From Hydrolagus affinis (lineage: Eukaryota): DNA of 64,000 nt. This document shows, piece after piece, positions 25,852 to 50,348 of the stretch (position 1 is the first letter of the stretch; each line of letters starts with the position of its first letter). A model generated the notes under the pieces. The model worked only from the letters and a program-made list of their open reading frames with translations. It made no database searches and was not told the DNA's origin. Made by a program: the position numbers and the translations under genes. The stretch lies in NCBI GenBank assembly GCA_012026655.1, contig JAAILG010000373.1, forward strand, positions 1 to 64,000, given 5' to 3'.

Positions 25852-26597
25852 GTTGTTAACAGAACTGTGCTATTTTTCAAGTGCTCAATGCGATGCTGAC
25901 TTTTTATTCCGAGTGCAAATTATTGTATAGAATTTTTTTTTGCAAGGCTGCAGGTAGCAAAATCACTTGAGTGAATTTTAAATCAACCTTTTAATTTTGC
26001 CCCATATCTAGGATCTTGTGGCAGAAGATCTGGGGGGCAGTGACATGACCCAAATTGTGTGTAGGATTGTGCCTCTCTAAACAGACTGACTTACCCTCGT
26101 GCTGGAAATTACTCATTCTGATTACATTAGAGTACAACAATGTTAACGACCATCAAACCAGGTCCCAAACATGCCACGTTGAATGAGAAAATCAATCACA
26201 TCGACAGTTTAATCTGGAATATTTAAATCGTCAGCAAAGGAGTTGTCTCAGAAAAAAAAATTCCAGTTTACTTTAACAAAAGCAAGATTGTTTCAAGACC
26301 AAAACACAGATCACTTCATCAACATGTGCTTCCCAATACCGATTCTCATATCTCTGTCTATCTGCTCCAATCAATTTGTTAGTTTATGTTGCAATTCTTG
26401 CAGACATGTTAAAAACAGCTCTGTGAGTCGTCACTTGTGTTAGCTTTCTCATAAAATTAATAGTTCATTTTAATTACCATGGATATGTCATTTTTGGCAT
26501 GAATAAAATTTACATTCATGATTTTAATTAATATTACCGACAGAATCCGCATAAAGAATCTGAACCGCTTGTACTGAGAATTAACAGGATTAACTGT

Positions 26598-26836
26598 GGA
26601 GTCCTGTAGCTCAGCGGTTAGAGCACTCGCCTTGCAAGTGAGAGACCTGGGTTCAATTCCTGGCACGGCGAAACCTTGGGCAAGTTTCCTTACTCCTGAT
26701 AATAATCCCTCCAAAAAAATTAATTGAAAAAAAATTGGTCATCTCAATCCACGAGTGTTTGTGGGACACCGCTGTGCGCAATTGGCTGCTGCATTTCGCC
26801 CACAAAATGCAAGGATTATTATTATTATTATTATTA
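26598..26836 (+). mobile_element. tRNA-derived SINE with an internal deletion
   Basis: Intact A and B boxes (TAGCTCAGCGG; GGTTCAATTCC). The body jumps from CCCACAAAA directly to TGCAAGGATTATT. Confidence 0.88.
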
Positions 26837-28326
26837 ACAGTTGTATTTATAGGAAATCTTCCTAAAAAATACCAGGATTGTGTATTAGTAGATCCTTATC
26901 AAGAGGCAAAATAACGTTTGTTAATAACCATTTTTTATATTAAATTGAAGCTCAATGTAAACACTGATGAGGAAACAATTCCCTCACCTGGACCTATTAA
27001 AGAGACGCACAGAAGAGAAATGAAAAGGTTCAGTTATTCCAGTCCACAGCCCTGGTGTTTGGCAAGTTATCTGCTTCTTTGAATATAATTGATGGATAAA
27101 TAAATCAGAAGGTTTAAAATCCCAGATAATTATTCTTTGCATAAAAAACAAACCCACCATTTTTTCAGAAAGGATTTGAGAAGTTTAGAGAGGGAGCCAG
27201 CGGTTGTTAAAAACATAATTATTGCACATAATAATAATATAACATCTCTAAAGATTGGGAGTCAAATTGATTTTACCTTTCCCTACCAGTACTATTCTTG
27301 TTCCATCTAAAAGAATAAAGTTCCATTGGTTACAATGACCAAAAATACAAAATACATTTAGGGGTTAAAATTTTAAATCCTTATTCAAATTCCCATTTTT
27401 TCCTTCAACTGCATTCGACACCCATAAAACAGACTAAATTACATTGAAAGCTGATATAATTTAATTTTGTAATTAAAATTTGAAATAAAGACATTTCAAA
27501 ATATCGAATTAAATTATATCGAGAGCTACAATCGGGAGTTTTTTTTCCCATTCATTATCAAAACAACTGGCACACATTTATCAAACATCTTTTGCAAAAA
27601 TCCCGTAATGTAACAAGAGAATAAAGGTGGGATAACAGCTTTGCTTGCCTATTTACTGATATTTTTCATGGGTTGAATAAATAGCAAATTCCAGATTTTG
27701 CAGCTAATCATTTTCCGTTGATAGTCTCACGGTTCTCTCCAGTACCTGCTTCTGACCAAGAGCTCATTATTGATGTCAGAATAGTACAGAATGTTACAGA
27801 GCGAGTGTTAACAAATTGCTTAACCCAGGAAAACATGATGAGGGAGATGTCCTTGGCTTACTTACGTCGATCACTCAGGGATATTTGACTCACAGTTTGA
27901 CAGAGAAGAGTTTCATGGACTGTCCGATATGAATAATTTAATAAGTAATGAATATGAAGAAAAAAACACAACTTAGGAGCACATATTGCTCCCCAAAATT
28001 AGCATCTCCTCCAGGCAATTTTCATACGTATTGTCTAACTAAATCACTGGAGAGGATTGTAGCCTTCAAGAAACTGTCCTGAAATCAGGAGTAAATAAAT
28101 GGGACGTAAATCCATTGACCTAAAAAAAACCTTGTCTCTCCAGTTTCACAAAGTATTACCTACCAAATGCCATGCTGGATTATTACGAGTGGATGATGGA
28201 AATTGTAGATAAAAATAGGTCACGAATATTCATTGCAACAGTCAGTCAGTCATCGGGTGCTAAACTATTGCCTCTCACAGCAGAGCTGTTGTGTGCAACC
28301 AAATCTGGATGAATAAAATAATACAG

Positions 28327-28627
28327 TAATAATCTTTACATGTGATATTGTGCTTTTCACATCTTCTAGGCGTCTCAAAGCGCATCACGGAATATACTGT
28401 AAAGTGAATTGACTGTATATTTGGGGGCGAAACGCAGCCAATTGCGCACAGCAGTGTCCCACAAACAGTCGTGGATTGAAAATGACCAATTTATTATTGG
28501 GGAGGTTTTCTGAGGGATTACTATAGTGTGTGTGGAGTAAGGAAACTTACCCAGGGTTTCGTCCTGGCTGAGAATTGAACCCACATCTCTCGCTTGCGAG
28601 GCGAGTGCTTTAACCACTGAGCTACAG
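28327..28627 (-). mobile_element. tRNA-derived SINE, full length
   Basis: Family match. A 5'-truncated + copy follows at about 28760-28950. Confidence 0.88.
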
Positions 28628-29234
28628 TAGCAATCGCAACAACAAACAAAGAAAAGCCTTTGTGGGAACGAGAGCCACAGCCCTTGGCCCTGGTCAAGTC
28701 GCAGTCACTCCCGGCTTTCATATCACCTTATTGTTGCTCATTGAAACCACAATGCATCAAAACACAATAATAAATTGGTCATTTCAATCCATGACTGTTT
28801 GTGGGGACGCTGCTGTGCGCAATTGGCTGCCGCGTTTCACCCACAAACACATACAGTCAATCCCCTTTCGCAGTGCATTCTGTGAAGCGCTTTGAGGCGC
28901 CTAGAAGATGTGAAAGTTCTTATATCAAATGCAAGGATTCTAATAATATTATTGTGGGAAGCTGCTATTCAGTTTATTATGAGTAGCGTTCGAAGTTGCT
29001 CTATAGATCAGTTCAGGGATTTATCTGTCAGACCGACACTGCACATAGTAAATACAATACAAAATATATTTGTGCAAATTGCCAATATTATTATTATTAT
29101 TACACATTTACACTTTGAAACCCAGTTGACTTGTTGCCTCCCTCCTAACTAAGGTGGACAGGCTTACAGTCTACACACTACAACAAATATAGGTTCTCAG
29201 AAGTTTTGAAATCACTGATTGATTAAGACTTACA

Positions 29235-29382
29235 NNNNNNNNNNNNNNNNNNNNNNNNNNNNNNNNNNNNNNNNNNNNNNNNNNNNNNNNNNNNNNNNNN
29301 NNNNNNNNNNNNNNNNNNNNNNNNNNNNNNNNNNNNNNNNNNNNNNNNNNNNNNNNNNNNNNNNNNNNNNNNNNNNNNNNNN
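29235..29382. other. Assembly gap (148 N)
   Basis: Run of N. Confidence 1.
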
Positions 29383-29737
29383 GCACAAATACACACACCA
29401 ACTAATGCGCAAACACAAAGGTTACTCAGATTGCTTTGTCTCCAAAGCGGATAATCGAGGTTCAACCATGTTAGCAACAATAATAACATCCTAATCATCA
29501 AACAAACAAACAAACCGTCTTTTCTTCCCCCCAAACACACACATAAACACACACAACACACAAGGATCAGAAAGATTTTTTTTCTCTATTCTATGGTGTC
29601 ATCAGACTGGGGCCTGTGAACCTCAACAAGACTGTAGATGGTTAGAATCTCAGGGCTGGAGCTAAACTGTAGCCATTCATCCATTCAATCATCCATCCAT
29701 TCATTCCTTCTTTCTATTCATTGATTCATCCCTGGTC

Positions 29738-29837
29738 NNNNNNNNNNNNNNNNNNNNNNNNNNNNNNNNNNNNNNNNNNNNNNNNNNNNNNNNNNNNNNN
29801 NNNNNNNNNNNNNNNNNNNNNNNNNNNNNNNNNNNNN
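29738..29837. other. Assembly gap (100 N)
   Basis: Run of N, flanked by (TCCA/TTCA)n and (TG)n microsatellites. Confidence 1.
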
Positions 29838-30801
29838 TGTGTGTGTGTGTATATATATTTATATATAATAATAATCCTTGCATTGGATATAGCGCTTTTC
29901 ATGTCTTCTAGACTGTGTCTCAAAGCGCTTCACAGAATATACTGTAAAATGAATGGACTTGTACGTTTGTGGGCGAATCGCGGCAGCCAATTGCGCACGG
30001 CAGCGTCCCCACAAACAGCCGTGAGTCATTATCAGATTAATACAATAATAAATAATAAAATAATAACACTGTAATATTAGTCGTTGCGTTTGATATGGCG
30101 CTTTTCACGTCTTCTGGACGTCTTAAAGCGCTTTCACAGAAACATCCCTTGGATGGGAATAGTCTGGTCTCGTAACATTTATTACAGAGAATCCCACCTG
30201 GTTTGAAATGCATAAACGCAAGTGATAAAATTATAAGGGCAAGTTGTTGTCGTTGAGTAAACTCATCGTGTTCCACACAATCAGTTGACACTGTTTTGTA
30301 CCTTAATTATGTTGAACGTTTTAACCTTTGAATTGGCATTAAATGTACTGTAATCGCTATTATTGACACATGATATGCAGTCAATTCACTTTGCGGTGTA
30401 TTCTGTGAAGCGCTTTGAGACGTCTAGAAGACATGAAAAGCTCTATATCAAATGCGAGGATTATTATGATCAAAAATGTAATTGTTTTCCAACTAAAGTC
30501 CCTCTAGATCCAAATCGAGGGATACTGTTCTTGGTGCTTGGTGATCGCTGTGGCCTTTATCACAAATTTATTTAGGGGGGGTGGGGGTTGGTTAGTGGTA
30601 GAGAATATTTTCCGTGTGCATTGTTCTCAATTACACCATTGTAAGATTCTGTAATTAATATGTTAATATCTCAAATTATATTAGCGATATATATGTAGTG
30701 TGGGTGTACACATATACAGTACTTGAGAGATATGACCAATCACATATGATGAGAGTTGGTTGTGACAAGCTTCGCAGAAGAAACAAGAAGACTGCTTATA
30801 A

Positions 30802-31077
30802 AGTCCTGTAGCTCAGTGGTTAGAGCACTCACCTTACAGAAGTGTGGCAGGTCAGGGCAATCCAGGCAGGCCAGGGCAAAACTTTGGGCAAGTTTCCTTA
30901 TTCCACACCCTAATAATTAAGGACTATTTGTGAGACACTGCTGTGTGCAATTGGCTGCTGCATTTCGCTCACAAATATATAGCCACTTCACTTTACAGTG
31001 TATTCTGTGAAGGGATTTTGAGACGTCTAGAGGATTTGGAAAGCTCTGCATCAAAAGCAAGTTCTGTAATATTATTA
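30802..31077 (+). mobile_element. tRNA-derived SINE, degenerate
   Basis: GTCCTGTAGCTCAGTGGTTAGAGCACTC head with family body and tail. Partial copies also lie at 29866-30020 (-), 30376-30467 (+) and 35546-35750 (-). Confidence 0.85.
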
Positions 31078-32608
31078 AAATTCTAAACAACAAACTGTTT
31101 TCAGTCCTAATCAGTCATTTTCTCATCGGAATAAAATGGTCTGCAGCTGGAGATGTGTGTTACATTTGCGTGTTCCCCAGTAAACTGTATAAACGGAGAA
31201 CGATTTGGAAGGGATCAGAAGAAAGAATTGGTAACTAAAAGGAAGAACGGACACTTGGAAGGAAGTTACCTGGAAGAAAGAGGAATCAATTTGAACCTGC
31301 AATAATAAATTAGACATGCCGTGAAACCAGGATACTTTCAGATACAATACCTGGATACGTTTGGATACGGAACTGGAAACCATACAACACTTGAGTATCC
31401 TTTGTGACTTAAGTTTGGATTAAAATGGTCATTGAATTGGACATTGCCACTCTCTCCCTCCTACAGCATTTGGTTTGGTCAACGTGAATCATTGTCAGTT
31501 ATGCGTCGATACGTAAGTATTGTTGGGATGTGTTCTTTTATTATTTACTTAGAACTATTACCAGTTAAAATCTGAATTGATAAACCCTTACACAGTAGAT
31601 CGATGCCTGAATGTAGCTGTGCATGTATGAGTTCTAACCCGAATGATCAGGGCACACAATACAAACCGTTCCTGCCACTTTGCACTACTCTACCAGTGGC
31701 ATTCCATCACTTCCTACATTTCTATATAAGCCCGTCTTTTAAACATTCGTTTTAAGAGAATTATGATTCCATACTGCAGAGGATCAAAAACGTGTTACAA
31801 AACACGCAAAATTTGCCAAAATGCTTTCCCGAAGAAATGTTGTAATTTGTAAAGCAGATTTGTCCGCTGAACATGTTCCAACCCGTCATCTTAAAACAGC
31901 AATGTACAGGATTTTTGCTCAAACAACTGCAGAAAATGACAGTACACAGGCAGGCCACTGTTCCTATTGCCCGTGTTGGCTTTCTTACAAACCTGGCAGT
32001 TTAGTTTCTCCCGCTTGCTCCCCCATCCCTTTTTATATTTCCAATTGTCAGCAATGTGTTTTCTTCCTTCTTAAAAAGCAAATCTAACTTCAGCCATGCC
32101 ACTCTGCATCTTTAGTCTCAATATATATTCTCGTTTTGTGAGGTCTCAGAACATTGACTTTCTTATGGTAGCCCAATTCACTCGAACAAAAGTTGGTCCA
32201 ATATTCTAATCCCATCAGCAATACCTGGCTAATATCAAACCATGGCTCTTAACTGTTGCTTGTCCAACAGTAGCACTAAATGGTAAGATAAAACAGCAAC
32301 ATTTTCTGTTTCATTTGAATCAAAAGGTTTGAAACAATGAGCCTTAAATTTGTTGGTATATTTACAGAGGCCAAGTTTTCTTTGAAGCAAAAGCAGCTTT
32401 CAGACAACTAGACGTACAAATCAACAATGTTCATCTGATTCAAGAAACTGGATTGATCGATGGATAAATCATTCAAGGTCCCATCAACTGGGTGTATGTA
32501 GCATTTGTGTTTTGCTGCCAATATTGTCCAGAACAATGTGGATAAGTTCTGATCATAAGATGGGATATGGTGGTTGTTGAAATGTCTAGAAGAACGTGAA
32601 AAGTATTA

Positions 32609-32821
32609 CAGTAAAAGCCCGTTTATCCGTGACCCAATCAACCGTAACTTCCGTACAACCGGCACCTCAAAAAAAAGGTCCGCATTCAATTAACCAGAAT
32701 TTATCTGGCACAATGTATTATTTTAAAAAAAAATTGGGGGTATTTTCGGCCGAATATCCAGCATGTGCTTTAACCGGCATTGGCCAGGTCCCGAGGGTGC
32801 CAGATAAACGGGCTTTTACTG
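32609..32821. mobile_element. Tc1/mariner (Tigger/pogo-type) MITE, 213 bp, TA target-site duplication
   Basis: TIRs CAGTAAAAGCCCGTTTATC and GATAAACGGGCTTTTACTG, with TA at 32607-32608 and 32822-32823. Inserted into a SINE tail. Confidence 0.9.
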
Positions 32822-35368
32822 TATATCAATTGCAAGGATTATTATTATTAAGGAAGGGCAGATGAGACATTTCATTATATGCAGTTCCTTCATCCCAGAA
32901 CTGGTACCATAGATGCTTAAAAATGTTTATGTCATGTATTTGATTTGAAGCACTGAATTCTTTCTGCCCCTCTGCAATTTTGCAATCACAATTCCTTGCA
33001 ATTTTCAGTTATAGCATCAACCTTTTCCCTTACATGTCTGCAGATGATTTGAGAAGCACAGTAGATACCAGAAAAATTCAACACAAGTTGGGATGACAAT
33101 AAAAGCTTTTTAATACAGGTTAGACCACCATCAGTGAGTGGCCTCATTACCTCATTTCTCCATTTGTGAATATTTCCACCAGAAAAGGCAAGGTTACCAA
33201 CATAACTTTTGAGAATTAAGGTCCTGACATTACCAGCATTTGATTTGAACACTTGGGAGATTTTTTTTCCCCCCTTGAGAAATGTATTCTACAGCACAAA
33301 GGTTGGGCAAATCACAGGTTTATTAGTGATCTAACTTTTTAAAAAATATATTAGTCCACCAAATGGAACCTCAAATTTAATTTATCAATGCCACAATGGA
33401 ATACCAGGCCACACAGAATCATTTCATTCAGTTTATTTTGCTCTAAGACAGACTGCCTGCATTCTAATGGAAAACAGTGTAAGCAAGCCAGTTTTCTGCC
33501 GTTTCCAATTTTTGTCGAGCTTTCAAAGCTTGCGTACGAATGACAAAAGTATGCTTCAAGGGTAACCCAACTAATTTACAAAATAAATCACGACTACAAT
33601 TGATCCAGTCTACAATATTCTAAATTCCAACACAAAATAGGAACCAGGAATTATTTTCACATTTCCCTTTAGCGACTATTATCTTAAATACAGCAAAACT
33701 TGTTCATGCAACACTTGTGCTCTAAGGGAGAAGGCACAGTATTTCCTACAATGAGCCACCTTACCAAGAGGTGTTACACATTTCCTTTAATAAATAAAAC
33801 TTACCAAATTTAGTGTGCTGGAACCTCACCAAGGAGGCAGTTACTTTTCAGAATCTTAAAACTTGCATGGTTTGAATGCGAGTCTTTTGAAACACATGTT
33901 CTTCTTAAAGTGGCTCAAAGATTGTTCATGGCTACTCGTATCTAATTTAAAAATATCCTTCCTAAAATATCAAACATGTCAAAGGTGGTTTCATATTTGA
34001 TTAATACATCTATACATACCTCTATTAATCCCACCCCCCCCACCCATCCCCAAGCAAAAAGTAACAACTAAAATTAGTCTTAATTCAAATGGTCTATTTG
34101 TCAGGAAATTAGGAAAGAAATATCTTCAACAGAGCCATTTACCCCCAAAAGGCTCTTCGTACTATATTTCTATGCAGGAGCTAACCCCCCAAAAGCTGAA
34201 ATAAACTAGAAATCAACATCAATTAATACATGCAAGGTGATTTGAACATCTTAGTCAACTTGATTTATCCAAGTTATGACTATATGATGACTATTTCCAC
34301 AACACTGCTGGTGTTTGAAGATCCCTGCACTTTAAAAATATGGCAACATTTCAAAGTTAATTATGCAGCAGAGCAGGTACATGTGCCTTTCTTTCCCTCC
34401 TTTGCAGAATTTGTGCACGTGAGCAACCAATTACCATTATATCGCTCAATTAATTCATTACTATATTCATGATTTTATGAAAAGCAACTCGCATTTCATT
34501 TGAACTGGTGCAATTGTCTTGTTAGAAGCAATTTTTTTTTAAACTCAAAATTACAAATAAAATACAAGGTGTACAAACTTTTAAAAAAAAAAAATTAGAA
34601 CGGCTAAGGTGAAAGTAAAAGAAAATGAGCAAAATGCATATGCTGCAAAATTTAACCCCAAAATAATATAGGTAAACTATATAATGTACTGCTAAATGAA
34701 ATTCTCCAGTGTACATTAAATATTAATAAAAAAACAAACTCATATAGGTGATTTTCTGGGTTTATTCATTAGCCCCTTGAAGGCAATCAAGTTTGCATGC
34801 GTTCACATACAACATCACGCCCATACACTACTCTCTTCCACACAGAACTCCATGACTTGGGAGTTTTAACTTCACGGGTGATCACAGAGCCCAAGATTTC
34901 AAGTAATGAACCTGGCTCCACGGTACTGAGTCCAGACATCCATACAGTGGGTCCATTCACACAGCGCTTCCTAGCCTCGGCTCGGTCTTCTGACTGTTGT
35001 TCCTTTCTTGGTTTTACGAAGTTTGAAGACTTGTAGCGCTTCATTCTTCTCCTGATTCTAGGTAATCGAATATTGATCTTTGTTTAGATGCTTCGTAGAC
35101 ATTGATCTCCTTTTGACTTTTAGCCCATTTTCGTTTAACCTAAAAAGCATTCACTGTGAATTTTTTTTAAACATTTACCCACTCTCACGCGCATTCGCAC
35201 CCACTCGCCAGCTTGACTTCATTTGGGCTTTTCTTGGACACCAAACGCATTCTGCAAAATAGCTCTCCGATTTAATGCAGCAGTGGATCCCACATGAGCC
35301 AAGCACGATCGATCAAACCTTCCTTTAGCGCTGCATTATTTTACTAACTCCAGGAAGTACGCCTTTTT

Positions 35369-48146
<12,778 letters not shown>

Positions 48147-48550
48147 GTTGGCGCCGCTCGGGGACGAGGCGAGGTGGGGCGGACTTGTCTTGTCTTCCCT
48201 ACCCTCTGCCCCTCACCCCCTTTAGGCCTCTTGTGTCGTCGTCGTCCACTTCCCTCGATATTTTTTTGAGGACGAACCGGGTTCCCTCCCTCCCTCCTCT
48301 CTTTTCCTCTGTCTCACTCCAGCACCGCACTTCTCCTCACACTTGGCTTCTACTTGTGTATTTTTGTTTTTTAAAAAAAACACCTCCCTCACGGCTTGGG
48401 CCAAAATGCCGGTAAAAAAAACCGCTTCAGCCTCGCTCTCGCCACAACTGAGAGGGGTGTTGGGGGGGGGGGGGGGGGCGGCAGGGAGGAGGGAGCGGGA
48501 GACAGAGTGCAGGAGGAGCCTGGGCTGCCCCACGTTCCAGTAAACTGCGC

Positions 48551-48830
48551 GACTATTGGTCAGCCTCTCCCGGTTGTCGGGCGCCCATTGGTCAGCGACT
48601 TCTGGTTGCCGGGCGCCCATTGGTCATCAACTCCAGATTGCCCATTGGCCAGCATCTCCCGATTGCCTGGTACCCATTGGCCATCGTCTCCAGATTGCCT
48701 GCCGCCCATTGGTCAGCGGCTCTCGGCTGAACCGGGTTCCCATTGGTCAACGTTTCCCGGTTGCCGTTCGTCCATTGGCCAGCGTCTCCCGGCTGCCTCG
48801 CGTCACGCGCCATCGCGGCTTCTGATTGGC
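48551..48830 (-). promoter_or_regulatory. KPNA4 upstream promoter: ~32-bp tandem repeat carrying nine CCAAT boxes
   Basis: ATTGG on + starts at 48555, 48587, 48619, 48644, 48676, 48708, 48742, 48774 and 48825. The array lies in a CpG island about 400-680 nt upstream of the ATG. An RFX-like CCTTAGCAACC (48902-48912) and a YY1-like GCGCCATCTT (48920-48929) follow. Confidence 0.8.
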
Positions 48831-49475
48831 AGAGACGGGGTTTCCTCCCCCACCTCCGGGGGGCCGGTGCCGCCCCCTTCTGTCTCTCTCCTTCTCGAGC
48901 TCCTTAGCAACCGCCTCGGGCGCCATCTTTGGAACTAGAAGCGTCGGTTTGGGCGGTGCCGGCTGTTGTTATTCTAATGATAATCCTCCTCCTCCCATTT
49001 GATAATCACGTCTTCCAGACGTCTGAAAGCGCTTGACCGAATATACCGGAAAGTGAATTGACGTGTGTGTGTGTGTGTTTTTGTGGGCGAAAGGCGGCAG
49101 CCGATCGCGCAGTGGCGTCTCCGCCCCCCCCCCCCCGGCAAGCAGCCATTGAGATTGAAGTGACCAAATCACTATTCTTATTTGTTTGTTTTATGGTTTC
49201 GTGAGGGTAAGGAGGTTTCTCCCTGTCCTGACCAGCAGGGAATCGAACCCAGCTCTCTCTATCTCTGTCAGTCTCACTCTTATCACTCGCTTGTTTGATT
49301 GCTTGCCAGGGAGTGAGTGCACTTATCGCTGAGCCAAGTGAGTCTCCACGGCACTGTAAGGTGTAGTGACTGTGTGTATTTCGCTCAGCGACCACCAGCC
49401 CCACACAACCCCGGGGTCGAGCGGCCAGATTATTGTGATTTTAAAAAATACATATTTTTTGGGAAGGGATTCTGG

Positions 49476-50015
49476 AAAATTACATTGAGAGAGCGCCTTT
49501 CACATTGGGAGGACGTCCCAAGGCGCTGAACACTCCGAGCGGGGGACAGGGGGAGGGAGAGAGAGTTGGGAGGGCGGCAGAAGTGGAGGGTCTTGAGACC
49601 GGCCTTGAAGGAGGCAATGGAGGAAGCGAGGCGAAGGGACTGTGGGATGGAGTTCCAGAGTGCGGGGGTGGGGGGGGGGGGGGCAGAGAGGCTGAAAGCC
49701 CATCCGCTGAAGGTAGGGTGGGTCGGGCGGGGGACATGGAGCAGACTTGAGCCAACTGAATGGAGGGGGCAGGCAGGTTCATAGGGGGACAGCAGGTCAG
49801 AGAGATAGGAGGGGGCAAGGTCGTGAATGGCCTTAAGAGGGAAGACGAGGATCTTAATTTGGATCCTCTGGGGGATGGGGAGCCAATGGAGCCAGGTGAG
49901 GGTGGCAGTGATGTGGTTGCGGAGCTTGGTGCGCGAGAGGACACAAGCTGCAGAGTTTTAAACGATCTGCAGCTTATGAGTGGAAGAGTTTGGGAAGGCC
50001 AACGAGGAGGGAGTT
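49476..50015 (-). mobile_element. L2-type LINE 3' fragment (end of ORF2 plus 3' UTR)
   Basis: The minus strand encodes LHWLPIPQRIQIKILVFPLKAIHDLAPSYL, the L2/CR1-clade ORF2 C-terminal LHWLP motif, followed by the L2 tail. Confidence 0.8.
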
Positions 50016-50257
50016 TCCGTACTCAAACACTTGAGCTACAGGACTGGCACCATGTTACAAAAAGCAAAATCAAATATAAACAGTAATCAGTAATACAGAA
50101 GTAAATCGGTGTTAATCAAGTCTCGGCTCATGGATTCCAAGCAACATTCTCACCCAGAATGAACAGGAATATCCTTTTTTTAAAAAAAAATTGCTAAAAG
50201 AACAACAAATTACATTTGTACAGCACAAATTTCACATCGGGAGGACATCCTATTATT

Positions 50258-50348
50258 ACAAGGTTGTATTCAAAACACCAAAGTCAAATTTTAAGTTCAA
50301 GGCATTGTTTGTCAGTGATACTTTAAATAATTTAACCTAACAATATTT
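50258..50348 (+). repeat. 91-bp direct repeat, copy 1 (copy 2 at 53351-53441)
   Basis: ACAAGGTTGTATTCAAA..CAATATTT; 3 mismatches between the copies by manual comparison. Confidence 0.9.

Noticed and set aside
26601-26672. tRNA gene (also at 57597, 60727 and 63068)
   Set aside because: A and B boxes are present, but the acceptor stem is poor and each copy continues directly into the SINE body; these are SINE heads.
29171-30074. ORFs containing X runs
   Set aside because: Created by the N gaps.
48551-48830. CRISPR-like periodic repeat
   Set aside because: The context is a vertebrate promoter, the units are degenerate tandem copies with related linkers rather than unique spacers, and there are no cas genes.
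48222-48938. ORFs of 132-180 aa upstream of KPNA4
   Set aside because: Stop-poor, GC-rich promoter and tandem repeat; no recognisable protein.
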